Below are positions 1 through 13,802 of a DNA stretch of 64,000 nt, one piece after another; positions within the stretch are counted from its first letter, which is position 1, and each line of letters starts with the position of its first letter. The stretch covers positions 44,082,001 to 44,146,000 of the forward strand of contig OX597838.1 of NCBI GenBank assembly GCA_951406725.2, read 5' to 3'. A program made the position numbers and the translations under genes. The notes beneath the pieces were generated by a model, which ran no database searches, was not told the origin of the DNA, and was given only the letters and a program-made list of their open reading frames with translations. The stretch comes from Octopus vulgaris. Its lineage: Eukaryota.

Positions 1-669
<669 letters not shown>

Positions 670-965
670 GGTTGTCCGCCTGTCTGTCTATCTATCTATC
701 AATATATCCACCTATCTATCTATCAATCCGACCTAACTATCCCCCTTGTTTATGCGTAAGTTTGCTTTATGATCTACATATATTTACCTAGCTATATTTA
801 TCTGGGGCTTATACAGATACACCCATCTTTGTCATATATAGAAACGTCTAACTAATTATATGTAGATACGTAGACTGCTATGTATAATAACATCCGTATA
901 TCTACTTTATATGTGCACACATACGTACATATATATCTATATATATATACATACATACATACATG

Positions 966-1016
<51 letters not shown>

Positions 1017-1994
1017 GTATGTGTGTGTGTAAATATATATGTATACACGTGTTTGCATATACAAGTATTCATAAGTTTATTTATTGATCATTGTAGATAT
1101 AAATCATAAATGTACGTGCATACATTTGCTGTATTTGGTATACACATGTATAAGACAATGCTCAAACATAGCTTTAACTGGAATGGCTAAAGCAAACGAA
1201 AGTACAATCATAATGTATAGCCACACTTGGATATTTATGCAAGTCATAGATATATGCATACACTTGTATGTATGTGTTTGAGTGTGTGTATATGCATGCA
1301 TGTATGAATATATGTATGTACCTACGTATATAAGTATGTATGTACGTATGTATGTATAATTTTTCTTTGTGTTTTATTAAAGTTCTTGAGAGTATTCAAG
1401 CCGGTTGCTAACAAAGCAAGAAGGCTATTAGAAGTAAGAGAGTTCTCGGCGTTTCTAATCATGTGCTTGAGTTGGCCTATTGGCTGAACTGTCGACGCAA
1501 GTGTGCGCATATATTCACATAAATATCGCAAATTTTCGGAATGTCTTTCACATCTTCACCATGCCATTAATAGATTGGATATGTAGAATCCGCGTAAGTT
1601 TCTGTTGCATTTTTTCCATAGATTCGAGTATTTCTAGGTTTTTGTGCAAATTTCTTGTACGTATTTATGTAGGTATGTCATTGTTCAGTCTTATTTCAAG
1701 ATTTCTTGCCAATAGAGAAAGAGACGGTTTCTAACCTAGATCCCAAGCCCCTTCATTGGAATTTCTTCATCAGCAACAGGGTATTTTTGTTTGTTTGTAT
1801 GTATGTATACGTGCAGATATGTTTGTTTCGTTTCATGTATGTATTGTCATGCATATAGTTACATATTTGGAAATGATCATATATATTTAAATGATAAACT
1901 TCTGGGAAGTTTTACAGTTTTATGTATGTATGTATGTATGCATGTATATATGTATGTATCGATGCATCTATGTCTATGTAAGTGTATGTATATA

Positions 1995-2690
1995 GGTATG
2001 AGAATGCAGGAAAAACATTCAACAAGCATTGTGGAGTATTAGCAATGAATTATAAACAGTACGGGGGTCAGCTAATAAATAAAATTTAGAAATATCAAAA
2101 CGGTAGTGAGATAATTAAAGGAGTTAAAAGTAAAAATCCACCGTCCCACAATCGCAGATGAACGAAAATTAACAGTCACAATATCTTTAAAATTAAATTA
2201 AAGATTTAAAACATTCAAAACCTTTTTTTAGATTTCAAAATTCAAAAATAAACACACGAGAAGAACCAGCTTGAATAGTAAACGCAAAGGGTGAAACCGA
2301 AATTATCAAACTCTCAAAAACCATTAAAACGCCCATATTAGACAACCTTAATCAAAATGTTTAAACACACATTTATAGTTATGAACACAGAAGAATACCC
2401 TTTCAGCTTTAGAATTTAGTAGCGTTCTTCTAGAAAATAGAATAAAAAATAATGACTCAGGACAAAGAGAGTAGAACCTATTACCAATCCTATAAGCCAG
2501 GGCTGTCCCCAAAATGGGGACATTCAATAAAGTACGTTTTATTATCATCTTTAAGATTCCAGATGAAATTACTAAGACTAGTAGAAGAAGCCCTATTTTG
2601 TATTTTCTTTGTATTAGCAAACTGACTCATGATAATTTTTCTTGAAGTTTCGCATTTATCGCCACATCAGTCCCATGAAGCCAAATGCCA
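1995..2690 (-). mobile_element. Penelope-like element 3' fragment (GIY-YIG C-terminal tail + pLTR-like region)
   Basis: ORF 2348-2620 ends AYRIGNRFYSLCPESLFFILFSRRTLLNSKAERVFFCVHNYK, resembling the Y..C.LC..E..IL..LLN.R.E..C.H tail of PLE endonucleases. The 3' end abuts TA repeats. Confidence 0.6.
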
Positions 2691-2788
2691 TTTTCAGTTA
2701 AATGTCAATATATCTACACAAACATACACATACATACAAGTACGCACGCGCTCACACCCGCACATACACACAAACACGCACACATATA

Positions 2789-2967
2789 TTCTTTTATTCT
2801 TTTACTTGTTTCAGTCATTTGACTGCGGCCATGCTAGAGCACCTTTAGTCGAACAAATCGACCCAGGAATTATTCTATCAGTCACTTATGCCGAACCACT
2901 AAATTGCGGGGATATAAGCACATCAAGGTCGGTTGTCAAGTGATGGTGTGGGGCAAACACATACACC

Positions 2968-3018
<51 letters not shown>

Positions 3019-3021
3019 ACA

Positions 3022-3068
<47 letters not shown>

Positions 3069-3221
3069 CGGATGTCTTTCAGTTTCCGTCTACCAAATCC
3101 ACGTGCAAGACTTTGGTCGGCCCGAGGCTATAGTAGAAGACACTTGCCCAAGGTGGCACGCAGTGGGACTGAACCTGGAACCATGCGGTCGGGAAGCCAG
3201 CTTCTTACCACAGAGCTGATC

Positions 3222-3223
<2 letters not shown>
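2789..3223 (-). mobile_element. tRNA-derived SINE, family A (internal microsatellite)
   Basis: Reverse complement of 3309-3714, with an internal (CA)n. Confidence 0.9.
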
Positions 3224-3308
<85 letters not shown>

Positions 3309-3310
<2 letters not shown>

Positions 3311-3714
3311 CGCAGGAGTGGCTGTGTGGTAAGTAGCTTGTTTACCAACCACATGGTTCCGGGTTCAGTCCCACTGCGTGCCACCTTGGGCAAGTGTCTT
3401 CTACTATAGCCTCAGGCCGACCAAAGCCTTGTGAGTGGATTTGGTAGACGGAAACTGAAAGAAGCCCGTCGTATATATGTACATATATATATGCGTGTGT
3501 GTATTTGTGTGTGTCCCCCTAGCATTGCTTGACAACCGATGCTGGTGTGTTTATGTCCCCGTTACTTAGCGGTTCGGCAAAAGAGACCGATAGACTAAGT
3601 ACTGGGCTTACAAAAGAATAAGTCCCGGGGTCGAGTTGCTCGATTAAAGGCGGTGCTCCAGCATGGCCGCAGTCAAATGACTGAAACAAGTAAAAGAATA
3701 AAAGAAAGAAAGAA
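3309..3714 (+). mobile_element. tRNA-derived SINE, family A, full length
   Basis: A box (tggctgtgtggt) and B box (ggttcagtcc), body ggcaagtgtcttctactatagcc...ggaaactgaaagaagcccgtcg, tail gactgaaacaagtaaaagaat. Repeated many times in the window. Confidence 0.9.
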
Positions 3715-3787
3715 TATATAGGTAGATAGATAGATAGATAGGTAGATAGATGGATGGATGGATGGATGGATAGATAGATAGACAGAC

Positions 3788-3853
<66 letters not shown>

Positions 3854-3877
3854 AATAGATAGATGGATAGATAGATG

Positions 3878-3946
<69 letters not shown>

Positions 3947-3974
3947 ATAGATAGACACATACATACATAATTAC

Positions 3975-4585
3975 CACAAGGAGTTAGCTTAATACGCTGC
4001 TAGTAAAAGACATTAAATTGTTTTTTACTTCTTTAAAATCTCCGATAATAACCCTTATCGTAGGCAAGTAAAAGAAAGATTGGTTAATCGTAGACGTGTT
4101 TCGAACTCAAAGTGAAAATAATTTTACTTACATACTCTCATCAGTGCGGTACTGCTTAAAGCTTAAATTCGTGAGCATTTCAAAAACATGCACCTGGTCA
4201 TGCAACATCTTCACTCCATGATTGGAACGGCATTTACTGCGGTCTTAGATCTGAACAAACACATGGGTATAAAACTGAGATTTCAATCAGACGCGGCATC
4301 ACGTTTGTGCGAGAGTGGATGGATATAGGACACTTGATGTTGCATGATCAGGAGCATATGTTTGAAATACTTGCGAATTTGTGCTTTAAGGAGTACCGCA
4401 TTGATGTGTGATTTTAAAGTAGTAAAAAAAGACATTAACGTCTATTTCTAGCACCGTTTGGTGATGCATAAATCTGACCCCTTGTTAAATTTTGTTTTTA
4501 ATTATAGAAAATTTGTACAATTTAACTAAAAGGTTTTTATTTTCCGCACAGGTTACCTGGTAAAATCCTTATTAATTTTACCCTT

Positions 4586-4590
<5 letters not shown>
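3975..4590. mobile_element. Foldback element with nested imperfect inverted repeats and a hammerhead motif
   Basis: About 3995-4040 pairs with about 4410-4456, and about 4141-4210 pairs with about 4336-4404. Shares cgtaggcaa...ggtta...gacgYgtttcg with the 47181-47787 element. Ends in (TA)n. Confidence 0.7.
4087..4150 (-). ncRNA. Type I hammerhead ribozyme motif (helix I decayed)
   Basis: Minus strand: accgca CTGATGA gagt...gttc GAAAC ac GTC tacgat. Canonical G10.1-C11.1 pair; helix I pairs 4 of 6. Confidence 0.65.
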
Positions 4591-4669
<79 letters not shown>

Positions 4670-4847
4670 CATATCCCCCCTCACATACTCACAAATAGAC
4701 CACACACACACATATATGTATACATATTCCTTCAGATAGTAAACTTGTTTTGTGTTTCCTTTATGATTTGTCGTTTTGGAGCATTCAAAATCCTGGAGAT
4801 AATTTTCATAAGTCATGAATTTACTTGTACATGTATTCATCTACGTA

Positions 4848-4898
<51 letters not shown>

Positions 4899-4972
4899 GT
4901 ATATGTATGTGTTTGTATATAAATACGTATACATCATGTATATATATATATAATTATATACCTATCTATTTA

Positions 4973-5008
<36 letters not shown>

Positions 5009-5084
5009 GATAGATAGATATATATATACAGACACAAAAACACACACATACTTACATACATAATATATAATATATATATATATA

Positions 5085-5266
5085 GGGAGAGTTCACGGAA
5101 AAAACAAAAGACGAAGACAGGTGGTGTACAAAACAAACAGATGTATTAGTATAACGTTCAGGAATAGAAAAAGTCTGTTATGTTTCGAGCCTACGCTCTT
5201 CTACAGAAAGGGACACAGAAAAAAACAAGGAGATAAAAAATATGTGTAGTGGCTACCGATCTATCA
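5085..5266 (-). mobile_element. Short PLE-like 3' terminal element with a minimal HHR-like hairpin
   Basis: Minus strand cttt CTGTAGA a GAGC gtag GCTC GAAAC ata. Homologous to 29597-29775 (+) and related to 46839-47135 (-). Flanked by (TA)n on both sides. Confidence 0.55.
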
Positions 5267-5276
5267 TATATATATA

Positions 5277-6053
5277 CAGGGTGCAATCTGTAGATGGTCG
5301 CCATTCCAAATTTTTATTTCGCGCATGCGCATTGTTTGTTTTTGATTTTGTCGACTCCATAGTATAGTAGGGTACCGGCTGTGAGAAAAACGGCACCATG
5401 ACGCAATTCACTCTGCCAGAAATTTGGATACGACATGCTCTACTGCTTGGCATTCGCACTGGAAGTTGCTATACAAACATTTCAGAGTCAATCTGGGGAC
5501 AGTTCAATGGTGTTTGGAGTGATTACTAATCATGTCAACATTACGCCTCCATCCATCTTCGCACACAAGAATCCAATCACACAATTTCTGCGACCACATC
5601 ACCCTGAACATTTGGCCCCCTAACTCCCCAGACAGCCACCTCCTTGATTATTATGTGTGGGGCGCAGTTGAGTGAGAGACCAACAAAACTCCTTGTAGCA
5701 CCAAAGATGAACTGAAGGCAAGGATTATGGTAGCATTTACCATCTTACTCAAGGAGACCATCCAGAAGAGTTGCAGGAGATTCCAAAGTCGTCTGGGGGC
5801 CGTGGTTGAAGCTAATGACGATTTTATATAACTTAGAAAGGTTTTGGCCAGTGTTGGCCCAGGTCATGTCTAACTTAATAGCACCACCTGGCGGCATCCA
5901 GTGAGTTCCGCCACTGATTGGTTAGCAGGAAATTTACTCTTTAGTATTTCAAGATATTTTAATGTAATTTTGGTAAATATATCTTTTTAAATAACATGTC
6001 AGCGTAACTTCATTTTTGCGTAATTTAGACGACAATATATTCACCGCACCCTG
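5277..6053 (+). mobile_element. Internally deleted Tc1/mariner-superfamily DNA transposon (maT/DD37D-like motif)
   Basis: TA-cagggtgc ... gcaccctg-TA termini. Degenerate transposase motif WPPNSPD...LDYYVWG at about 5613-5663. Confidence 0.8.
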
Positions 6054-6109
6054 TATGTGTATATATGTATGTGTGTATACACACACACACACATGCACAC
6101 ACACACACG

Positions 6110-6146
<37 letters not shown>

Positions 6147-6771
6147 GTATGTATATACATATACATGTGTGTATGTATGCTTAGAAAGAAAGGGAGAAAG
6201 AGAATAATGCAGTACACAAACAAAATTTTACAGTCTTCTCACACATTGTACGTACGTAGAATGTAACGGATATGTTGTTGATTAGAGAATGTGTTGTTAT
6301 ATTTTCTATTATGAAACAAAGACAGACAACTTATTTAAACATTAAAAAAATTATAACTTTTCTCATTTCCTTATGAAGCTGCTTTTACTAAAGACTCTAT
6401 TTATTTTTGTTGACAGCCATTGGAATGATAAACTAGAAATATTCTACACCATCAGAAATATAATCTGTGTTGTTGATGTTTATTCGCAAATCAACACTAT
6501 TCTACCGAGTAGCGATCCAACCACGACCATCCCAACCGTCGCATAACGATCTATTGTTGGCGATGCTATAGGAACGACTTTTTCTTTTTTTTAATAAAAT
6601 ATGGCTTTGTCCTTTGATGTCGATTTCGCCGCCATTTCTCAGAGGTCAGTTGACCCCTTAGGTCAAGGTTTCCAAATCCCTTTATCCTATGTGTGTTGTC
6701 AAAGAAAGTTCCAAATGATATATATCTACACACATTTGGCATTGAGATATATTTAAGATCTGTCACGTAGA

Positions 6772-6956
6772 CGCGCGCACGTTGCTGTGTGTTAAGAGGA
6801 TTGCTTACCAAGCACATGGTTCCGAGTTCAAACCTGACTGCGTGGCACCTTGGGCAAGTGTCTTTAACTATAGCCTCGGGCCGACCAAAGCCTTATGAGT
6901 GGATTTGGTAGTCGAAAACTGAAAGAATCCCGTCATATATATATATATACATATGT

Positions 6957-7027
<71 letters not shown>

Positions 7028-7225
7028 CGTGTATGTGTGTGTGTGTTTTTGTATCTTTTCCCCCCACCCCGCCGCTTGGCAACTGGTGTTAGTGTGTTTA
7101 TACCACCGTAACTTTGCGGGTCGGCAGAAGGAAACCGACAGAATGAATAGTAGGCTTGCAAAATAAGTGCTGGAGTCGATTTCTTCGACTAAAACCCTTG
7201 AAGGTGATGCCCCAGCATGGCCGCC
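6772..7225 (+). mobile_element. SINE family A copy
   Basis: Homology to 3309-3714, with internal (TA)/(GT)n. Confidence 0.85.
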
Positions 7226-8201
7226 GATATCCTTAAACCTGAGAAGAAAAGGTTTGTTATTCATGGTCGAAGGGTTTTGTTCTGTTTATCGCGGATCTTG
7301 ATCAGAATCGTATTGAAGCTTATGAACAACATCAACAATAACAAAAATTCATTCTGATGAAGGACGGATAATCACAAATTTAACTTTTCTGATGTCTGCC
7401 TGAAATCTTTTACCTTCAATTTCTGTTTTGATCGTAGAGACACCGTCACAAAATATGGTGCGTCTAAGGCATTTTACGGCAGGTAAATACCGTCTCTTGA
7501 TTAGGTTTCAACGCAGGTGATTTACCCTTGGGAGTGAGAAAAAGACAAAGAAGAATCACTTGTAATACTCCAGTGATACTTTATCGGCTCTGGATTTATG
7601 CAAAGCAAAGCTCATTATGGCGTAATAACCCGCTTCACATTGTCTGCTGAAGCATGAAAATATTTGTAAAACACTCATACCTGACAAAGTAATATTAGTG
7701 GAAAGTATATCAGATGCTATAATGATACTAATATTTCAGTTTAATTTTAACGCTTTGAGTTCAAAAATCCGTCGAGGCCGACTTAGCCTTTTAGTCTTTT
7801 GTAGTTGATAAAATAAGTCCCAGGTGAAGACTGGAATTGATAGAATCGAGTTGCCAATTCCCAGAATCGATTATCGTTCCACCAAAGTTAAATAGAAATA
7901 CTGGTTTCAAATTTTGGCACAAGGCCAGCAGTTTTTGTGGGAGACGCTCATCGATTACATTGACCACTGTACATTTCATATTTTATCCAACCAAAATCAA
8001 CGGGAACCATAGTTGACCTCGGACGAAATTGAACTCAAAAAGTAAAGAGACAAAAGAAATGCCACTAACCATTCTATCTGACATGCTAACGATTCTGTTA
8101 ATCCAGCGTTCTTGCAAGCACATCGAACCCATAATCTTCCTATTCGGCATTTAAAAAATTTAACCTTTCATTTTTATGCCCCTTTTCATTGACAACTTAA
8201 A

Positions 8202-8464
8202 AAATAAAAATAAATGCGCCCTTTTTTAAAGCCTAACCAGGCTCACGGGCCCGGTTTCCCGGTTTGAATGGCGTATGTGTCCCCCAGCTGGATGGGACGC
8301 GAGTCCATCGCAGCGTTACTCATTTTTGCCAGTTGAGTGGACTGGAGCAACGTGAAATGAAGTGTTTTTCTCAAGGACACAACGCGTCGCCCGGTCCAGG
8401 AATCGAAATCACAATCTTACGATCATGCTACTGATACCCTAACCACTAATCCACGCACCTCCGC
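8202..8464 (-). mobile_element. tRNA-derived SINE, family C (V-domain-like core)
   Basis: tRNA-like head, core gcgatggactcgcgtcccatccag, and a 15-bp TSD cattgacaacttaaa at 8187-8201 and 8465-8479. A + strand copy lies at about 42995-43210. Confidence 0.85.
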
Positions 8465-8890
8465 CATTGACAACTTAAATCATAAATTAATTCCTGTCCT
8501 GCAGTTTAATACGAGCATTTGCTGACGACAGAATGGCTATTGAGGGAGATTCGACCATTATGACAAGCAGATTAGGTACCACTTACAGGCATTTAATTGG
8601 CTTTTTAATTGATGTTATATTTCTTCACTTTGATTCCCACAGTTTTCTCAATGAGGATACAAGTCAACGATTCTTGTTCGAGTCGTAACTGTCTTACTTT
8701 TATCCTGATATAGTGGACTCTTTCGTCCAATGTGTTCTTCTATTTTCAAGGTAGCAGGGTAGGATTTAATTGAAGATGTGATCAGTTTCTAGCAGTTCAC
8801 GCAACCACTTACATGGGTTTTCGTAATAAGGCAGCATCGAATCGTCAATTCTGCATATAAATTTTGCCAACCCAACGCAACCACCGGAGT

Positions 8891-8926
<36 letters not shown>

Positions 8927-10325
8927 ACACACATGTATATATATATATATATACAGCAAGCACACATACATACACAATACATACACACACACACACGCAT
9001 ATATATATACATATATACATAATATACACACACACACACATAGTTATGCACATGTTCACCACCATAATAAAAAGGAATTATTTTATAATTTAATGCAGTT
9101 TCAAATAAAGTAACGAAATTTTTCTCGATATTCTATTGAAGTAGAGAGAAGAGTGTGAAACGTGATATCAATTATGTTGATATTTTATTTTATAGGCAAT
9201 CAAATTATGATTGTGTGTCGTTGTAACATGAGAATATTGGTCGCAACTACGGAAGTGAATAGGCTTTACACGGGGAACCGAAAGGACACACGCGTGCCCT
9301 CATCCTGAAAGGGATTACTTAATACATTCTGAGGTAAACGTGAGTGTAGCACAAAATTCCCCTAGGACAAAAGCTCAACGGACAAAAGCCCCAAGGTTAT
9401 ATTATTCGATTATTTTTTCGTTTTTTCATCTTTTACTCGTTAAAGTCATTAGACTGCGGCCAAGCTGAGGCACCGCCTTGAAGAAATTTCAGTTGAACAT
9501 ATCAACCCCAGAATTTCTTTTTCCTTTTCCCTTGTTACAGTTATTAGACTTCGGCCATGCTGGGGCACCACCTTGAAGAATTTATAGCCAAACATATCCA
9601 CGCAAATTTAAAAAAAGCAAATTTAATTGTTGCAGTTATGAGACTCAGACCGATTCCGATTTCTTGTGTTCCTCACGGTTAAAGAAGACTCCTTTTTGGA
9701 TTAATCCAGAAATGAGAACCGATTCGAAATAACTATATTATTGTGAGCTTCTATTCGCTTGCTTTCCTCGTTTTGGCACGTGGTGTAATAATACAAGTGA
9801 AAATATTTGTGTGGTTAGATGGTTTGGTGAGGAATTCTTTTTCTTTTTACCCTTATTTATAATTGTATCATTTTCACCGTAAAAGGTATTTTTCATATGC
9901 TGGCCACTGATAAAAATTTTATTAATTCTCATTCATTTGGGGACTGGTTAATCACTTGTTTGCGATTCCTGACCAACTACACTTGTGCTGAGGCTTGCTA
10001 TAGAATTTCAGTTTGGATATATTTGGTGTACTTAAGTGTATACATGACTTTGCATCTGCTTTTCCGTGGGTATGTCTAAGTATTTCATTTGGACCGACAG
10101 ATTTAAAAAATATTTTTTTGTAACTAAACTTCGTGTACTGGTAGAACATCTTTTATTCTTGGCGTTGTTGAGAAAATTCTGTATTTTGGAAGTAATTTTT
10201 CGTTAAAGTTGTCGTATTTCGGTTATTTCAACCAATCAATCACATGTATTCAGCTGAATAAAATAACTGCTGTTGTTTGTCAACAACAACTATCGGCAGT
10301 GTATTTTTCGTTTGTCACTGTTATT

Positions 10326-10412
10326 TATGACATCGTTCGTGCGTTTATACTGGTTTTAGCTTTAACCCTAAAACCTTAAAGCTGAAACCAGTACAAACGC
10401 ACGAGCGATGTC

Positions 10413-10415
<3 letters not shown>
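10326..10415. repeat. 40-bp-arm hairpin with a telomere-like (taaccct) loop, probable MITE centre
   Basis: tatgacatcgttcgtgcgtttatactggttttagctttaa pairs with ttaaagctgaaaccagtacaaacgcacgagcgatgtcata. Confidence 0.8.
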
Positions 10416-10449
<34 letters not shown>

Positions 10450-10519
10450 TGTGGTTAGAAGATTTAGCGTCTATCTTTCAGCATATTGACAAAGAAAATG
10501 TTTTTGTACTTATTTATAA

Positions 10520-10565
<46 letters not shown>

Positions 10566-10634
10566 GACGGGCTTCCTTTTCAGTTTGCGTCTACCAAATA
10601 CACTCACAAGGCTTTGGTCGGCCAAAGACCAATA

Positions 10635-10701
<67 letters not shown>

Positions 10702-10762
10702 TATATATATATATGCGTGTGTGTAAGCATGTTTACCAAACACACACACACATACAAGCACA

Positions 10763-11304
10763 TCATCATCATCATTGTTCGACCGTGGTCGAGACAATGG
10801 AATTTACCATGCTACGCCTGACTTCACGGTCCATCATGGCATTACGGAGGTCCTGTTGCTGGATGCCTGTATCCCTGGAGATTACATCAGGGTAGGAGAG
10901 TGTGCGCCCTCTGGTATTGCGACTAGATGGCTTCCAGAGGAGAAGAGTAGAAATTAACTCGTTTTCAGCTCTACAACAATGTCCAGCAAACTGGACTCTC
11001 CTACCTTTCACAAGAGATGATACAGGTGGTAGTTTCCCATATATTTGCATTTTGGTTGGATGGCGCTTCCACGAGAGATTTTGAGCTCTCATACGGAGGC
11101 GAGTGTAGGTTCCATCCAACCGCCTCTCCAGCTTCTTTGATAACGTCCAGGTTTCTGAGCCATTTAGTAGAATTGGTTCGACTGTGGCTTTGAAGATTTC
11201 AAGTTTGAAGTCTCTACTTAGATTTGATGACCAGATCTTATGCATGTCATTACAGGCTGACCAGGCCATACCCTTTCTAGTTAGAAAATCTTTTGCAGAT
11301 GATG
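10763..11304 (-). mobile_element. 5'-truncated RTE-clade LINE (C-terminal coding part, open frame)
   Basis: ORF 10772-11560 contains KIWSS...ILLNGSETWTL..LERRLDGTYTR and RRVQFAGHC.R, typical of the RTE C-terminus. (TGA)n tail; 11-bp TSD atacaagcaca at 10752-10762 and 11305-11315. Confidence 0.9.
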
Positions 11305-12387
11305 ATACAAGCACACACATCGGTATGTAGTTGAATGTATCGAAATGTTCGTTAAACAAAGCTGTCAGTTCAGCTACCATGGAAAATAAAATCAAAATGT
11401 ATTGTTCCCTATATGTATTTTTGTCATTTCTTGAGGTCCCCTTTCCATACAGGATTTGAATGAGATTTTGGTCTCGTGTCGAATTATTACGATAGTAACA
11501 GCAATATAATATGATAAACGCTGGTTCAACATGTATCTTGATGAAGACAGAAAGGGGCAAAATGACATCGCAGCACTTTCTAAAGAAATACGAACTCTAT
11601 TCAATATCTGCATGCCAACCCAATAAAGCAATGATATATATTCGAAGTTGACATCGCATTAATTCTTGTTGCTGAAGAACAATTTTAAAATATTTCCTTA
11701 GCTTATTTCTTTACACGTAGAAGATGGTCATTCGTAAATACCCAGTATAATTCAACGTTTAATCCCGATCTTATAAATTATGCCTTATGATTTAATTGTA
11801 AAAATAAATAAGCCATTGATATTATAATTCGCGATCTTTGAAGTGGAGAAACAAGTTATATTTTTCCATATTTTGTAGGGACGTTCAAACTTTAACGCTC
11901 ATGAACGAGAGCGCATTAGCAGAAAGCATGAACAAACATCAACGGTATTTACCGCTCAACATAATCATATTTAATGCACACAGCAAAGTATGGAGACGCA
12001 AAGAAAGGAGAGAAAGTAACAACGAAAATAACTAAATATATAACACAGGCAGTATTTCACACGACCAAGATTAGAAGTATTAAAATTTATTATCAATTTT
12101 ATTATCTTGTAACTTATAATTTCAGTTGAGAAATATACTCACGTGAAAGATAAAGGTGCTGCCTTAGAATTTTTATGTTCTTTATTGTTATTATTCTTCT
12201 TCCTATTCTTATTCTTAACTCTTCTTCTTATTTGAGCTACGTTGGGATTTCAGATAATTCTTGTTTATTTAACTTTGGTTTTTCGTTTTTTTTACAAAAA
12301 ATATTAATGTATTCAGATAATATATAATGTGCGTGTGTGTGTTTGTATAAATTATACGTGGATATATATATATATATGTACATACGC

Positions 12388-12430
<43 letters not shown>

Positions 12431-12696
12431 GAGGCACACATACACTCGCATATACTCTATATATACACATATATACTCTGTGGAATATTAGAATACAGAG
12501 TTTTCAATATCATAATTTAAGAGTAATGGAATACCATAAATATTTCAGTCTTTTTGTGCTTTATACAAACACACACACACACATACATACACACACACAT
12601 ACACACATACACATATATATACTACATATATTTATATATATATCACCAATGTATCACATATCCGAAAAAGAAGCGCATTCTCTCTTTCTCTTCCTC

Positions 12697-12750
<54 letters not shown>

Positions 12751-12847
12751 TTATTTCAATCTGGGAAGCTTATTGAATATCTTATTGAATAAGAAAGTCG
12801 CGAGAAATAAAAAAATATAACGAAATGAATTCTTCAAAACAAAACCC

Positions 12848-13012
<165 letters not shown>

Positions 13013-13423
13013 TGACAGCCATATCAATAATGACGCAAGATTTTGTTTTCTGTTTCATTTGTAAGAAGAAAATAATTTATTGAATGAGTGAACTGCAATA
13101 TTGAAGTTGTGTATAAAAGCAGAATTCAGATCCTGAAGCGCAATGTCATAGAGACAGCGTACCCTTGCGTTTACGTATCTTTCCTGTTGGGGACACAAAC
13201 TCAATGAACGAATCTATGACAAAACAAAGTAAGTGTAAGACTTACTATTCTCCTTCAATGACATGTTACAATTGCCTTTTTTTCTTTTCATTTTCTGACG
13301 TCGACATTACTGTTTTAAAGTCTCCAATGAGATTCAGGCGAATCGAACTGGTACTACTGCGCCATGAACACCGCAATTGTTCGTTTAGCTGAAAGATAGA
13401 ACAAGATGAACACAAATTCAATT

Positions 13424-13768
13424 TGTATGTATGTATGTGTGTATGTATGTATGTATGTATGTATGTATGTATGTGTGTATGTATGTATGTATGTATGTAT
13501 GTATGTATGTATGTATGTATGTATGTATGTATGTATGTATTGTATGTATGTATGTATATATGTATGTATGTATGTATTATGTATGTATGTATAGATGGAT
13601 AGATGGATGGATGTATATATGTATGTGTGTATGTATGTATGTATGTATTATGTATGTATGTATGTATGTATTGTATGTATGTATTGTATGTATGTATTGT
13701 ATGTATGTATGTATTGTATGTATGTATGTATAGATGGATAGATGGATGGATCTATATATGCATGTATG

Positions 13769-13802
<34 letters not shown>

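Noticed and set aside
1712-1780. CTGATGA...GAAAC on the minus strand
   Set aside because: No helix I complementarity and no proper helix III or cleavage triplet.
2618-2678. CTGATGT-ggc..gc-GAAAC...GTC on the minus strand in a PLE fragment
   Set aside because: A9 is substituted and helix I is out of register. Possibly a decayed HHR, but not supportable.
3309-3385. tRNA-like sequences at SINE heads
   Set aside because: They continue into SINE bodies and lack a full cloverleaf, so they are not tRNA genes.
7354-7400. Isolated CTGATGA
   Set aside because: No helix II or GAAA partner.
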